From NCBI GenBank assembly GCA_012026655.1, contig JAAILG010000665.1, positions 1-64,000 on the forward strand: 64,000 nucleotides of DNA. Reading direction: 5' to 3'. The position numbers were made by a program, and so were the translations under genes. How positions within the stretch are numbered: the stretch's first letter is position 1; each line of letters starts with the position of its first letter. The notes under the pieces are model-generated. The model had not been told where the DNA came from. It saw nothing but the letters and a program-made list of their open reading frames with translations, and ran no database searches. Shown here one piece after another: positions 36,523-50,311 of this stretch. This DNA comes from Hydrolagus affinis (Eukaryota).

Positions 36523-39187
36523 GTAAGCCTGGCATTGGAATGACAATGCCATAAATAGATGAAACACAAAATTTACTTTTTAAAATTAAATCTTATTTAA
36601 TGTGCCTTTCACCGTCTTAAATAGTGTTTCAACATGATTTAACATTGCATATTGCAGGAGCATTATGCCTCCATCTAAAAACATATATGGTCATATGTCT
36701 CATATACTGAAATGTAGCAGGACATCATTCCAGTGTACAGAAAATTCTCTTGAGGACTGCACTCCTGAAACTTATTTTGCCCAACAAAACACCACTAACG
36801 GGAAACATAAGGCGAGTTTATTTACTCCACATGCCTCTGTTTACCAGCAACAAGTAGGAACCCAGTTGTCAGTGGATTGGTGGATCGCTTTTCCAGAGAT
36901 CTAATCCCTGCAAAAAAAATTATTTGGTTGTTCGACCCACAACTTTGTGGGACACCGCTGTGCGCAATTAGCTGCCGAGTTTCACCTGTAAAAATATGGT
37001 CAATTCACTTTACAGTACTTTTGAGATGTCTTTAAAGATGTGACAAGGCGTTGTTTCAAATGTAAGGATTATTATTGCAGGGCTGGCACCACATTCTGGT
37101 TCATGTAGCTCTGCAGATTTGTGCCGCACACTGCTGATGCCTCAAAATGGTGATAATTGAACCAAAGGCACATGATCACACAGCCATTGCCAGGTGTAAT
37201 TCAGATGTTTTTCACCTGCACCTCAGGGCCTAGAGTTCCTTGCAGAAATTCGAAGTGGAAGCTTGTATAATGGTGCATTTCTGAGGCATCATTTCCTTTA
37301 TTTTCCTTTAGCTTCTTTGAATTTCAAAGTTGAAAATTTCAAAAGCTTTAGCTGTTTTTACGATTGTTTTTAAATATCATAGTGCCTTCAAGGACAGGTG
37401 ATTTTCCCAATAAATTTGACTGCTTGAAGGAATTAAATGGCATATTTTAAGCAGCGACAGACATATTCAGTGATTTAAGGTTGTGAACAAAGTGTTCAGA
37501 AAGCAGGCTATTGTTTTGATTGTCTATTGTTCATTACCTTTAGGCGTTTGGTTTAAATGTTCACTCCCTTTAGAAGAATGTAGGAGTATAGAACCTCACT
37601 AGCAGACTTTTTTTCAAGCCATCTGTTAACAACGTTTGTTCTTTTCTCTTGCTTGAAGTATTTGTCAAAACTATTTGACTTATTTTTTAACTCTCAAAGG
37701 AACCAACAATACCTCATATTTGTGACACTGTACCTTCATGTACATACTGGTCCATTCAAAATAACTACTACAGCTGAGGCTACTGTAGGTATACAGTATG
37801 TAGCAATTGAAACAGATGTGATTTAAGGAGTCTAGGCACATTTAGAAAAAAGTACCAGTAATTGTCTAGTTCAGGGCTTGGATATTCCTCCTGTACATTT
37901 TTATTGTTAAGCCTGAAATAAGGAGGTCTAATTTCTGAAGTAAACTTATAGCAGCTGTTACTAATATACTCTCCAAATTCTCTTTATCGGAGAGGCAAAT
38001 TGAATTTTGAACCCTGTGTTTGAAGTCTTCAGTACCAGAGCCACTAGATGGTGCTGTCATTTCAGTGCAAGACACTTCCTTGTTTCCTGGAAAAGAGGAC
38101 AGCTTAGCTTTCAGGATTGTCAGTGTGACAACAACATTGGTATGTAAGAGGTAGCTTCCCTGTTTTGTTGTTAGAACAGTAAAAGGTTTGAAAGTAAGTT
38201 TTCCCAATGGCTCATTCAAACTAAGACTTGAAATTGCTCCAAATTTTTGTGATAAAGTGCCTATAAAATGACTATGTTTATTATTTAATTTGTGTAGACC
38301 CACATTAGAAATTGGGAGTTACTGATGTTAATAATTCCTCTTTCAGGCCTTAGCTTTAAAACACTAAAATTCATCTATCTCTAAATGCTTTTAGCTTTAA
38401 AGCAGTTTTTTTTAAAAAAGCACTTCCTTATAACTAAAAGATTGCAATAAGGAAAATGCTTCTAGACCTAGGGACACAAACACCATGTACAATGTTTAGA
38501 TCTTGAGTCTTTCTGTGAGCAAGGATTACTCAAATGTCTGTCGAAGACCTTCCTTTGGGGAAAAAGTTGCATTTTTGTTTGAACAACTTTTTTAAAAATA
38601 TTGCTGACACCTCCCAGTTGCCATGATGTCGGATTTTTGTATTTCATTTTGATAACAAATGATATTTTTTACAGTATGGATTACAGCTATGATTTACAAC
38701 AGTTGCAAAGAGCACCATAATATAAATGTTTGAAATATTTTCCACCAAAACAAGCTTTCTACTAAAGACAATTAACAGTTAACTTAAATTTTTAATACGT
38801 TTTCAAATACAGTATTACGGCAGGATTACTTGAATTTACAATAAGCACACGTAATATGATTGTAACCATCCTACAAATGCATTTTGCTCTTCGTGTGCAC
38901 ATTTACATAAAACTGATTAATATGGAGATTCTGTTTTCTTTGAACAGAAAACAGTTTCTTCTAGTTTCTAAAAAATTGCACTAAAGAATGTCTACATATT
39001 GTATTGTGGACAATATGCAATTTGATTTGTTTCCCTCAAGTACATATAATAATTTGATCAAAGCATGCTCATTTTGTTTCAGAAAGGCACGCTTTGTATT
39101 CTAAATACTTCAAACGCTGCTTCATCAAAATGTATTAGGATCGACTTCAGATTGTGCCCTTTCTAAGCACACATAGTTTCATGTTGT

Positions 39188-39207
39188 CAGCTGATTTCCT
39201 AATATGG
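39188..39207. promoter_or_regulatory. E-box CAGCTG next to a perfect CArG box CCTAATATGG
   Basis: Motif match only; about 4.7 kb upstream of the smM20-type ATG. Confidence 0.3.
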
Positions 39208-41589
39208 TAAGGTATTTCCATGCAGAATCTGTGGAGTTTATACTGTGTGGATGCAGGTCAAAGGATAAGTGAAGTAAGCAAAACTAAGTGTAATTAGCTT
39301 TTAATTGGATATTACATCCAATTAAGAAAGAAAACAAAATATTCTGACGTATTGTAAAAGAGATTTAGAACTTAATGTTTTTTAAAAAAATCTTGTGCAA
39401 ATTTGAATATTATTTTCACATATTTTCTCCTTGAACCTTTGAAGTGGCAACTTGAACATTTTGAATGGGCGATTGAACTATTAACATCAAGACACCTCAG
39501 TTTATTTTGGAATAATTAATAAAGTGTGTTAGCCAGCCTCAGAAGTAGTACTCTCGCATCTGAGTCAGAAGGTTGTGGGTTCAAGCTCCACATAGGGACT
39601 TGGAATCACATAGTTTAAGATTGCACTCTTAATGCGACGATGGGAGTGGGTTGCACCGTCTGAGATGCTGCCCTTTGGATGAGACATTAAGACAATGAGA
39701 CAAGTTGGGGGGCTTAAGGTACTCCAGACGGAAATTTTGTTTTTTCCTTTTTTTTGTTTAAAATGATGAAAAAAATCTAAACAACTCATTTCAAAGAGAT
39801 CTATGTGTGGATGATAATGTGTGAAAATGAGAGTGAAAGCTCTTTCCAGTTCCTGATGAGAATGAGAAACAATTTTCCTTTTAATCAGTTTGTTTCTCAT
39901 ACCTGTAAGCAACAATACCATATAAAAGAATTACCCTTACAGACCAAAATTAAAAAAATCTATATTTGCATACATTGGTTTGTCTCTTCGCCAGGGCCAC
40001 TTCTACTTGAGCTTCATATTCAGTGCCACTAAAATGAAAGTCTGTCCTTAATATAAACAGAACCATCTGGCCTCCCACTAAGCCAGGATAGTTTCCAGTT
40101 CTGATGCAGTTATATGAATTGCCATTTTTGTTTAGCTGAGTACTTTGTATTCTGCAGAACAGCCCTCTTGAGTCTTGAAACATCTGTTAAGTTTTATCTG
40201 TTGATTCTCATTTTGGAAAGAGGATAAGAAGAACGTCAGCCAAGGTCAGTAATTTTTTTAAATGGTCGTAAAAGCTGGAAACTGCAATCAGACTACGTAA
40301 CTGGGCAAAGAGCAATGTACTGGCAAAGAGCAAGTTAATCACACATGCATTCATATTTTGCCGTTTTTGGTTCTCTATTGCCCCTTTTAATTTATTTATT
40401 TTCCGCAACATTTTCAAACTTTGATCTCGTGGTTTTAGTTTCCTGTGATCTGGCAACATAATACTCTCTGTAAAGATAAGATAGATAGACAGATAGATAG
40501 GTAGATAGAGTAGTACAAAAAATGTGTGCACTGACCAAATAGAATCTCAAAGCAAAATGCTATCTTTGCCTTCGATCTTATTCCAATGCTAATTATTCGT
40601 TTCAGGATCTTCTATGTTTAGAAATGCATTTTTATTAGAGAGAGAGTGCAAACTTGAATGCTTATTCATCTTCAATGAATCATTAGTTACAATTGTTCCT
40701 CTGAGCAATTATAGTGGATGCAGGTGAAGCCGGACACACCGGGTGGGGGCTGGATATTTTTTCCTACTTAAGAAATGTCTGAGCTTACCAAAATACCATT
40801 CCTGCTCAGCGCATGAGCTGCGGCGGGAATGGTTAAAATACTCTCACTTCCTCCCTCCCTGAGGTGATAGCCTGTAAATGGATGAGCACGCCACCCATTC
40901 ACAAGCAGCTCAGCTATCATTCAATACTGATTTGACTCCTCCCATTCCCTCTCTTGTTTTTTCTTGTTCCTCCTTCCCCTCATTGATTGACGGCCTAACT
41001 CCAGCCGCTTGTGAACAGCTGGAGTTTGTTGTCGATTGCAATTTCACTCCTCCTACCTCCATCCCAGAGCCCCTCACGGCTGAAGGTTCAACCCACACAA
41101 GGTCTGAGTGGGTACACTCAATGGCGACTAATGGGGCATTTTGTCTGGATTAACTTTTTTTCTCCACATTACCAGGCATTTTAAAAACTGGTAAGAATAC
41201 AAATGAATCGAGGCTGAATGTTTTGTTCGATTTAGTCGATGTCCAGGGTTAACCAGCATCTAGCAAAAGCAGATTCCACTGTATCCCTAACAGATGTGCA
41301 CCACACCAATCTGACCAAGCTTCCTACAGTTGAACCCTCGGGACTGGAAATTGAAAGTCAGTTTATTTTATTTAAATGCTTGAATGCTAAAGATAATCAA
41401 TCTATTGGAGACTTGCTCGAGATAAAGGTTATTAAATTTTACGATGCTTGAGATTTCAGTTTGCCTTGTCAGCAACAAAAAATAAGATTTGTTTCCTGAA
41501 AGAAATTGAGAACTATATTACTGTTAAGGGAACCTAACTTGTTTATTATGAAAAAAAGGTCTAGTCAAAATAGCCTCCTCCTGTGTGTC

Positions 41590-42010
41590 GGACTGGTTCA
41601 GTTGGTACCCTGGTCACCTCTGAGTTTGAAGGATGTGGGTTCAAGCCCATATTGGGACTTTGAACTCTAGTGGTCTAGGCTAGGCTGACAATCCAGTGCA
41701 GTGCTGGAGCTGTACTGAATTGTTGGAGGCACCGTCCTTCAGATGTGATGTGAAACTGACGTCCTGCCTATTTAGATGACATTAAAGATCCCATGGTGGT
41801 TCATGAAAGGAGAAGGGAGTTTCCTAATATCGTGGCTGACAATCCCCAAGATGAAATAGGTCATTCTAACATGGCTGTTTTGGGCCATTGCTATATTGAA
41901 CTTGGCTGCCATGTTAGCCTACTCAGTGTAAAATCACTCCACAGCAAATGCTGAGAAGTGCTTTGAAATGTCTTCCCATATTGGAGAGTACTGTATCAAA
42001 TACAAGGATT
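41590..42010 (+). mobile_element. Older SacSINE1/DeuSINE-like element; other fragments at about 2240-2385, 9210-9560, 33655-33900, 39530-39690 and 54590-54750
   Basis: Head ctctgagtcagaaggttgtgggttcaag-like sequence, taggctgaca.tccagtgcagt, aaagatcccatgg, ttggctgcc core. Confidence 0.75.
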
Positions 42011-42014
42011 ATTG

Positions 42015-42302
42015 TGGATTCCTGTAGCTCAGTGGCTAGAGCAGTTGCCTTGTAAGCGAGAGACCTGGGTTCAATTTGAGGCAGGGCAAAACCTTGGGCA
42101 AGTTTCCTTACTCCACCCCCTGATAATAATCCCTCGAAAAAACAGTAATAATTTGGTCATTTCAATCCACAATTGTTTGTGGGATACTACTGTGCGCAAT
42201 TAGCAGCTACATTTCGCCCACATATATACAGTCAATCACTTTATAGTGTATTCTATGAAGAACTTTGAGACATGAAAAGCGCTATATCAAATGCAAGGAT
42301 TG
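42015..42302 (+). mobile_element. Full-length SINE of the younger family, abutting the tail of an older SINE
   Basis: cctgtagctcagtggctagagc...aaatgcaaggat. Confidence 0.85.
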
Positions 42303-43099
42303 TCATGGTGGAGCAGCCTAGTTTTATTTGTTAGGAAATGTGCCTCATCGGTCAGACCAGCATTTGGAGGGAAAAAAGTATTCATTACTCTCTAATTCTG
42401 TACCTGGGCTCTTGCTGTGGTACAGTTGAACGTGAGCTAGCAACTGTCTGGTATCTCAAGTCACGTGATTCTTTATGTGTGATTCTGGATAATGAGTGTC
42501 TGCAAGGCATATGACCCTTGATGCTGTTACAATCCTGCATGATCCATTTTTTAAAATCTGGTGTCCACAACCGGTTCACTTTCCAGTAGGTGTGCCTGGA
42601 GTGTGATTAGCAAGAAAGCTAGACATTCTTTGCTCCTTAATGGGGGCATAGAGAGACTTGTATCCCTCACAACAGCAAACTCAACACAATACAGAAACTC
42701 ACCTTCTGGTCTTTATTGCTTGGTTCTGGATTGGCGGTCCTTTAATAATAATAAATATTGTATTCTATTTTACTAAATCTAATCGGAATAAAAAATTATT
42801 ATGTTAAACATTACGTAATCTGTAAGTGAGCAAACCTATTAATAGCAGCAATTCTGCTAGAATATATCAACTTGTGCCATAGAAGTCCACAGTCAATATT
42901 AGAACTATTCTTTCAATAACATTCTTTGCCCTTATTTTGCAGCTTTTTATAAACCTGATTGAATGCCAATTAATTTAATATTATTGCCCAATGACTATTA
43001 ATGATATGAGAATTAGTGATTTGAGACATTAATTGCCAAAAGACTCAATAACACACTGCCTTGATAGTTAAAGTAAGAATTCATTATGTTGTGCATTGA

Positions 43100-43893
43100 T
43101 AGGGAAGGGTTAACAGTTGATCAGAACTGGATTGCTTTATTCAGGGGTTTGAACAAACCCAAACTATTCCAACAGTGATATTTTAGGTTTAATTTTTTTA
43201 AATCGCGGAGTTTCCAACTAACTCCCGAATTAGTTGACTTTCAAGTTACAAACTATTGAAACCTTTTGTGCATCAGGGAACATTTTAAAGAGTTTCTTCC
43301 GCTGAGGAACGGCTTAATTCCCAGCTGAAAGCGAATGGTGGCTTTGGCTTGATTCCAGCATTCCTATTCAATTCAGGAAAGATTTGGAATGTCAAAAGAA
43401 AGCAGTGCTTGATGCAGCCCAGCTAAGGCAGTAAGAAGAAAACTTGTTGAAGTTATACATCATCGAAACTACTCCGCCTCTAGTTTGAACGAAATCTTGA
43501 AATGAAAGATCGTGTTTTGATGGTTATCACAGTTTGGTAGTATTCAGGTAAATTGAAAACCATTTGTAAGCAGCAGCCGTATTTTGAAAAACAGCCTTTG
43601 GGATTTTATTTGATGGTTTTACTGTGGCTTAATATGTCGAACTTTTGAAGCATTTATAGCAAAAACTTCAGCTTGAAGAACGTCATATCACGCAGGATTC
43701 TATCTTACCTGTCAGCCTACACCATTACAAAAAACTCTCCACAATATTTGCTTGAAGTATGGAGCAAACTTGATGTGTGTTACCGAGCGAAGACTAGTTG
43801 ATACCACACAAAGGAAACCTACTAACAAAAGTTAATTTTTACTTCTGTGAATTTTGTACTAATTGGAAGTGAGTACCTGAAATTTGGACAGCT
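43100..43893 (+). promoter_or_regulatory. Candidate internal promoter/5' UTR of the smM20-type transcript, with inverted MCAT (TEAD) motifs at 43359-43365 and 43386-43391
   Basis: Repeat-free segment directly upstream of the alternative first exon; contains CATTCCT and GGAATG. Confidence 0.45.
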
Positions 43894-43995
43894 ATGGCAA
43901 CACTATATTCCAGGAATAAGGACCTTTCAAGGAGCAGGAAAATGCAACCAGAGACACCTCCTTGCTCACCTTCACCCACCAGCAAGACTTTCCGA
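43894..43995 (+). CDS. PPP1R12B: Coding part of an alternative first exon for a short smM20-type isoform: [34 protein letters not shown]
   Basis: gctATGg Kozak context, 34 open codons, phase-0 donor |gtaaga that fits the 50648 microexon; ungapped similarity to the recalled human smM20 N-terminus. Confidence 0.85.
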
Positions 43996-46900
43996 GTAAG
44001 AGAACTACACTGACTTTCCCTACACAGCTCTGGTATAGTAATAAAACTAGCCGAAGTTTACTTTTAAGTGGGACTCGGGAAGAAGGTTGTTTCAAAATGA
44101 AGCTGTGATATCTTTACTTTGTAATGAAGTAGAAGTTTTGAAGCAGTCAGGCGGTAATGCAAAAATAGATCCTCACAGTCTAGCAATTTTCAATTATGTA
44201 ACTTTTGGGAAGATGGAGGGTTAATTAAATGTAAATGCAAGGACTATTAAATTAAATATACTTTAGGATATACTTTTTTATAGATGAACTGTAGATTCAG
44301 ACCATTGTGAAATAGAATGTGCATTCAACTAAGCCATTTCAGTGATTTTTTTTGCTGCAGGATTTGTTTTTAGCTCTTTACAGCTGGGGTTTTTGATGAT
44401 TGTATCGAATGATTTACCAGTCTGGAGGGAACTGAGCATACAAATCAAATGCACTATTTTTGGGAATATTTTTTGTAAGTCTGACTTTTATGGTTTTGTT
44501 TGCTGTTACATTCGGACACATCTGACCTCATGTTTTCCTTCTGAATTTATATAGTATATATGTGTGCCTGAGGGATAAGCCAAATTAATAGTCTTAAACT
44601 AGTATATTAAAAGTATGGTTGTGCAGTAGAGTGGCTAATTGGTGAAACAATTAAAAAAGAATAATGTATTTTGTTTTTGTAGCAATTGTTTCATTTAGTG
44701 CCAGTTCTAATTGTGTGGTCTTTTAACATATACAGCAATGGTTTGTGGAAAGTTAGCGCAAGAGTGAAGTAGTAATTAGCAACAGCTGTTGTGTAGCTCA
44801 TGTGCTGCCGGGTAGTGTGCAAGGGAAACTAGTTTGGGGCCCAGACAAAGCTTGCCAGAAGAAAATAGCTTGAACTATGAACTACAAAACCTTTTTTTTC
44901 CCAAAGAAAAGCTTTTATCATACCAATGGACAGCACCAAATAGTTGCGTTGTAAACTGTTGTATTGTAAACTGTATGGTATCAATTCAGTTTGTCTTATT
45001 TCTTAGTTGGCTCAGGTGAGGAATCTAATTTGTGAAACTAAAATACTGTTTCTCATGGGATATGATATTGTTCTGTAGTACTTTTTTTTATTGGCTTTTG
45101 CCAGTAATTAATCTTTTGATGTCGTAAAAAAAAACTTACATTTCTTGTAAAATCAGTTTTTCGTATTGTTACTGGATTTGCCAGCTCAGTGATTAAAGGT
45201 CCATGCTCCTCAATAAAAGGTGAATCCTGAATAATTGATAATGGCAGTTTATTAATCATGCAGAATACAATTTACTGTATTTCTTGGAATTCCACAGATG
45301 TGGAGCATTATTAAACAGTTAAATTTAAAATGAAAAAAAAATACATTATTGTGGAAAAAGATAAAATTCTGATAAAGAATTAGTATGTAGTCCAAATCCG
45401 AATGAGAAGAGCCAGAATGAAAATGACAGGGCAGTTATAGATATAAAGCTGATAAATCATTCATATACAGTATACTGATTTAATACCATATTTTTAAAAT
45501 TCAGTAGAGAAGCAATCTAATGACACGTTCTCATATTTGAGCAAAACCTGATTTATGGTTGGAACTTTATGTTCCTCTTCCAATGTTTTGTTTCCTCTCC
45601 ATATTCCTTCTCTCTTGAACGCTGTGGTTCATTCGGGGATATTGCCCTATTATGTTACATCAAGTGGGATATTGATGGTGTCATTAACAATGGAACCCTT
45701 TGTTTTGAAAGACCCATCTAGGCTTATCTCATATCCAATCACATGTGTGCACTTTCAGTCGGGTCGCAATACCAGACAGGAATCTTGACCATTTTCTTTT
45801 CTCCTCAGAATTTGAAGGATATTGAAATCCTTTCACCAACAGTACATCAAAGACCAGGCATTTTATAATTGATGAGCAAGAAAGGAGTTGCAAAATGCCT
45901 CAATGTGAGATCTTTCACAGGCTTTGTGCTGTTTCTAAAAATCGGATGTAAAATCGTTAGCAATCTTAATGAGTTTTTTTTGCTTTTGTTCTGAAGAATG
46001 GTGACGGGAGCCAGGTGAAGAAGAGGCCTAGCAACATATTGTCACCTATTACATTGTGGCATTGAGTATAAATCCTAAGATGGTGGAAAAGCATAATATT
46101 TGTGAGAAATACTAGTAAACCATTAAAGTAGGAGGAGCATTCCAAGTATAGTACCACATTTAGATCACATATTTTCAAGTGATGAGAAGCAAGTATTGGG
46201 AGGTTTCTCTTTTTAACAGATATGTTTCATATAGGGAACTAGCATTTTATAAATAACTTGCAACCCTGAAGGAAAATGAGCTCCCAGCTCACAAGCATTG
46301 TCTGTTGGCAGTCTTGACAATGAGATAGCATTAATTTTTGCCCTTATTAAGACAGAAAGATTGTTGTTCATGGTTTATGTGCTGAACACCATATGGAAAG
46401 GCTTGCTTGAAGTACGAACACAACTAGAAGTTAAAATGCATCAATAAATGCTATCTCTTTGTGAATATTTTTTTGAAACTATGACCTTGTATGACTGAGG
46501 CAATTACTTTTTTTTTGAAAAGGGTAGAGTCATGGATCTCTGGGAATGATTATGAGGCAGCCTTATTGAAGTGTTCAGATTGTACTATAAATAAACTGCA
46601 TGATCAAGGTTCAGCCATCCTTGAACACCCCCCCCCACCCCCCACCCCCATTATGGTTTGAGTTTTTTTGTCTGTGGTTTGTACTGTGAGTTACATTTTT
46701 CCAACTTAATTTGTACAGCAATACGTTCACCAAGAATAAATCACTGATATAACTGCTGCTTATGTTGCAATCTAGTTCATTTCTCAGACTTTCTCGACAG
46801 TGTTATCTTTGCAGGAAAGTTGATTGGAGTGGGGAGAAGGGGTAACTCGGTAGAGTGAAACAGAAAACTAATAGTAAAATTTTAATTTTGTTAAATAATG

Positions 46901-47147
46901 GAATTCTCTTTTTTTAACCAATAATAATGAATATTATTAATCAGTTAAAGGAAACCAGAATGTTAATTTGGAGAGTCTAATAATTTTCAAAAGATGTGAA
47001 TAGAATCAAAACTGAGACTAATCAAAAGAGTAATCCTTCCAAGTATGTAAAGCGAATAGCAAAATTTAATGTATAATGAACTCAAACTGGATTGTAAAAG
47101 TGCAACAAATAAAAACTTTAAACACTGAATAATAATATTATACTGCA

Positions 47148-47955
47148 ATAATAATACTTGCTTTGGATATAGCCCCTCATCGGGTCTTCTGGATGCCTCT
47201 AAAGTGCTTCACAGAATATACTATAAAGTGTAGAGACTGTATATTTTATGGGTGAAACGCAGCAGCCTGTTGCATGCAGCAATGTCCCACAAACAGTCGT
47301 GGATTGAAAAAGAAAGTTTTCTTTGTATGAAAAATATGCATATTAAGCCAATGTGGAACTTAAATTTGTCTTAACTGCCTAAAAATAAGTAATTTTTAAA
47401 ATAATTAAGTTGACCTTGACGAGAGAAAGTATGATTGCACCTCCAATATAAAATCAAATAATGGTCAAATTTGTTATGAGAATATTATTTTCATACTACT
47501 ACACTGAGTTACAATAATAGACATATCTTCCCGTATGGTCTTTTAAGAAAAAATGACTAAAACAGTCAGTATAAACTGATATAAATCCACTGATTAAATT
47601 GGAACTGTGCCTATCGTTTTTGCCGCAGATTTAATCTAAAGTTTTGATATCTTGATTCCACTGTTAAAACGTCAAGTTCTATACATTTCTGAAAATTAAG
47701 AAATTCCCTGATTGCTGTTCTGTGAATTCTTCCTTTAATCATTTTGACATTTGAAAGATATTTCAATAATAATCCTTGCATTTGATATGGTGCTTTCCAT
47801 GCCTTCTAGACATCTCAAAGCACTTCACATAATATACTGTAAAGTGAATTGACAGTATATTTGTGGATGAAATACAGCAGCCAATTTCGCACAGCAGTGT
47901 CCCACAAACAATCGTGGATTGAAATTACCAATTTATTATTTTTTAAGGATCATTA
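47148..47955 (-). mobile_element. Two 5'-truncated copies of the younger SINE (about 47148-47310 and 47765-47955)
   Basis: taataatccttgcatttgata...gtcccacaaaca.tcgtggattgaa. Confidence 0.75.
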
Positions 47956-49564
47956 TTTGTGCAATACTTAAAATTGAAAAGTCTTTCGCAAATTTCATTT
48001 TTAACCTGATGTGAGAAGAAGGTTCCCCTCCTGAAAAATATCCTTGTCCTCAGTTTTGAAGGGTGTGGCTCTCTTTATAAATATGTTCCATGATGCATTA
48101 AATTAATTTTGTGCTTCGGGCTCTATGACACAGAAGGCCATTCTACCCTTTGTATTATTTTGTTCTCCTATGGAACAAGTTATCCTCTTTCCCCGTGCCC
48201 TCTAATAACTTTCCTACACCTGTATTTATCTGATTTCCTTTTGAATAGAGTATCTATATTTAGCAATTGGAATATTTGCTCCATGATTCTCTGGGAGGTA
48301 ACAAAAGTTCCAAATTGTTTTCGTTTTAATATACCCAAATCAAATCATTGGGTGTAACAAAGGGAGCCAGCTATAATTGCCCCTTTTTTAAACAATAAAT
48401 ATAATCAGTTGTGGGGCTTCATCCATTTTGCTGAAGATGCTATAAAACATAAAATTTATCTTGATTACAAATTTGAACATCATTAATCTTCTGTATTTTA
48501 TTTTAAAAATTGATTATATTTTGTGTTTTTCATAATTAAAAGAAACTACTGAAGTGAATTTTAATTTTTATGGATAACAAACCTGAAGTTTCTAGTTTGT
48601 CGTGGGTGCATGAGATTTTATTATGTGAAAATGTGTGTGATCTATCCTCAAAACAGAAGTCTGCCATTCCCTACAAAGGTTCCATTTGCTCTCTTGTACT
48701 CGTGAAAGTAATTAATTCTCACTTCCTTTTTCCCAACTATAATTCTGTTCTTTACAACTGACTAATCAGGCTTACTTGATGAAGGTTTGACTTGGATTAA
48801 TTTCCCCTGATCATGGAATTTAACAGCACAGAAGCCTGTGCTTGTGCTGGATCTTTGAGACAGCTTCTGACTAGTCCTGCTCCCCCGCTCTTACCCAATA
48901 GCCTTGCAAATTCTTCCATTTTAAGTATCTATCTAATTCCCTTTTGACAGCTATTACTGAATCTGCTTCCACTACCCTTTTGGGTGGTGCATTCCAGAAC
49001 GCAACTTCTTTTTGGTTCAATTCACAAATCTTGGAACAACAACTATGTACTTTAGCTAGATAGGACCATAATGATATGGAGCTACATATTTTTTACATCC
49101 ATTTTATGCTGCTAAATGAGTACTGTAAGAATATATTCAGCCAAGCTGCAATTTGTTATTCCTCATAAATAATTTTTAATGGTATCTGTTTTGTAATTGA
49201 TCATGCAAGTGTGCGCTCTTGCAATGTAATTGGGGCAGTAATACAATGTTTGAGGTAAATGGCTTCAGAGAATGAAAACAATGTGATGAAATCATATGAA
49301 GGGGAATATAGTTGAATCTTTAATTGCCACTCCTCATTATTTCAAATCAACCACATTGCTGGTAATGAATCGTGTTCAGCAACTGTATACAGCATTTCCA
49401 AAGTAGTGTTTCCTTATGGATTATGTTCATGAAATTAAAAAAACAAAAACAAAGAATGGTGAATCAGGGCGTTAGACATCCCTAATAGCAGCTGAATTGT
49501 AGCTCTCTACGATGCTACCCAGTGTGAAGGTCTGTGTATAAATGCAAGTTGTTTTTATATTAAA

Positions 49565-49847
49565 AAGTAATCCTTGCATTTGATATAGCACTTTTCACAT
49601 CTTCTAGACGTCTTCACAGAACATACTGTAAAATGAATTGACTGTACATGTGGGTGAAACACGGCAGCCAATCATGCACAGCGGTGTCCCACAAACAGCC
49701 GTGGATTGAAATGACCACTTTTTTTTTTGAGGGATTATAATTACTGTGTGGAGTAAGGAAACTTGTTCAAGGTTTCACCCTGCTGGGATTTGAACTCAGG
49801 TCTCTCGCTTGTAAGGCGAGTGCTCTAACCACTGAGCTACAGGACTA
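49565..49847 (-). mobile_element. Full-length SINE of the younger family
   Basis: Ends gtgctctaaccactgagctacaggact. Confidence 0.87.
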
Positions 49848-50081
49848 GCTTGGTTACAAAATAACATGCTTTTCAAGGAAAAGGTTATGATTATGAGGTT
49901 TACTACAGTTTAGCTTCTCCAGTCACATTTGTGCCTGATGTCACACTACTCCACAGACAATTCAGGGGCGTTCCTCATGGTAGAAAACGGCTTTGTCTCT
50001 GTGACTAACAGTCCTGCCACATACAGCATAAGGGAACTTATATACGTCCGTCCGTCCATCCATCCATCCATCAATCCATTC

Positions 50082-50311
50082 TTTGGGCAAGTTTCCTTAC
50101 TCCACACACCTGATAATAATCTCTCAAAAAAGAAACAATAATACTTTGGCAGTTTCAATCCACGACTATTTGTGGGACACTACTGTGCGCAATTGGCTGC
50201 TGCATTTCACCCACAGATATACAGTGAATTCCCTTCACAGTGTATTCTGTGAAGTGCTTTGAGACATCTAGAAGGTGTGAAAAGTGCTATATCAAATGCA
50301 AGGATTATTAC
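50082..50311 (+). mobile_element. 5'-truncated SINE of the younger family, inverted relative to 49565-49847
   Basis: gggcaagtttccttactccacac...aaatgcaaggattatta. Confidence 0.85.
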
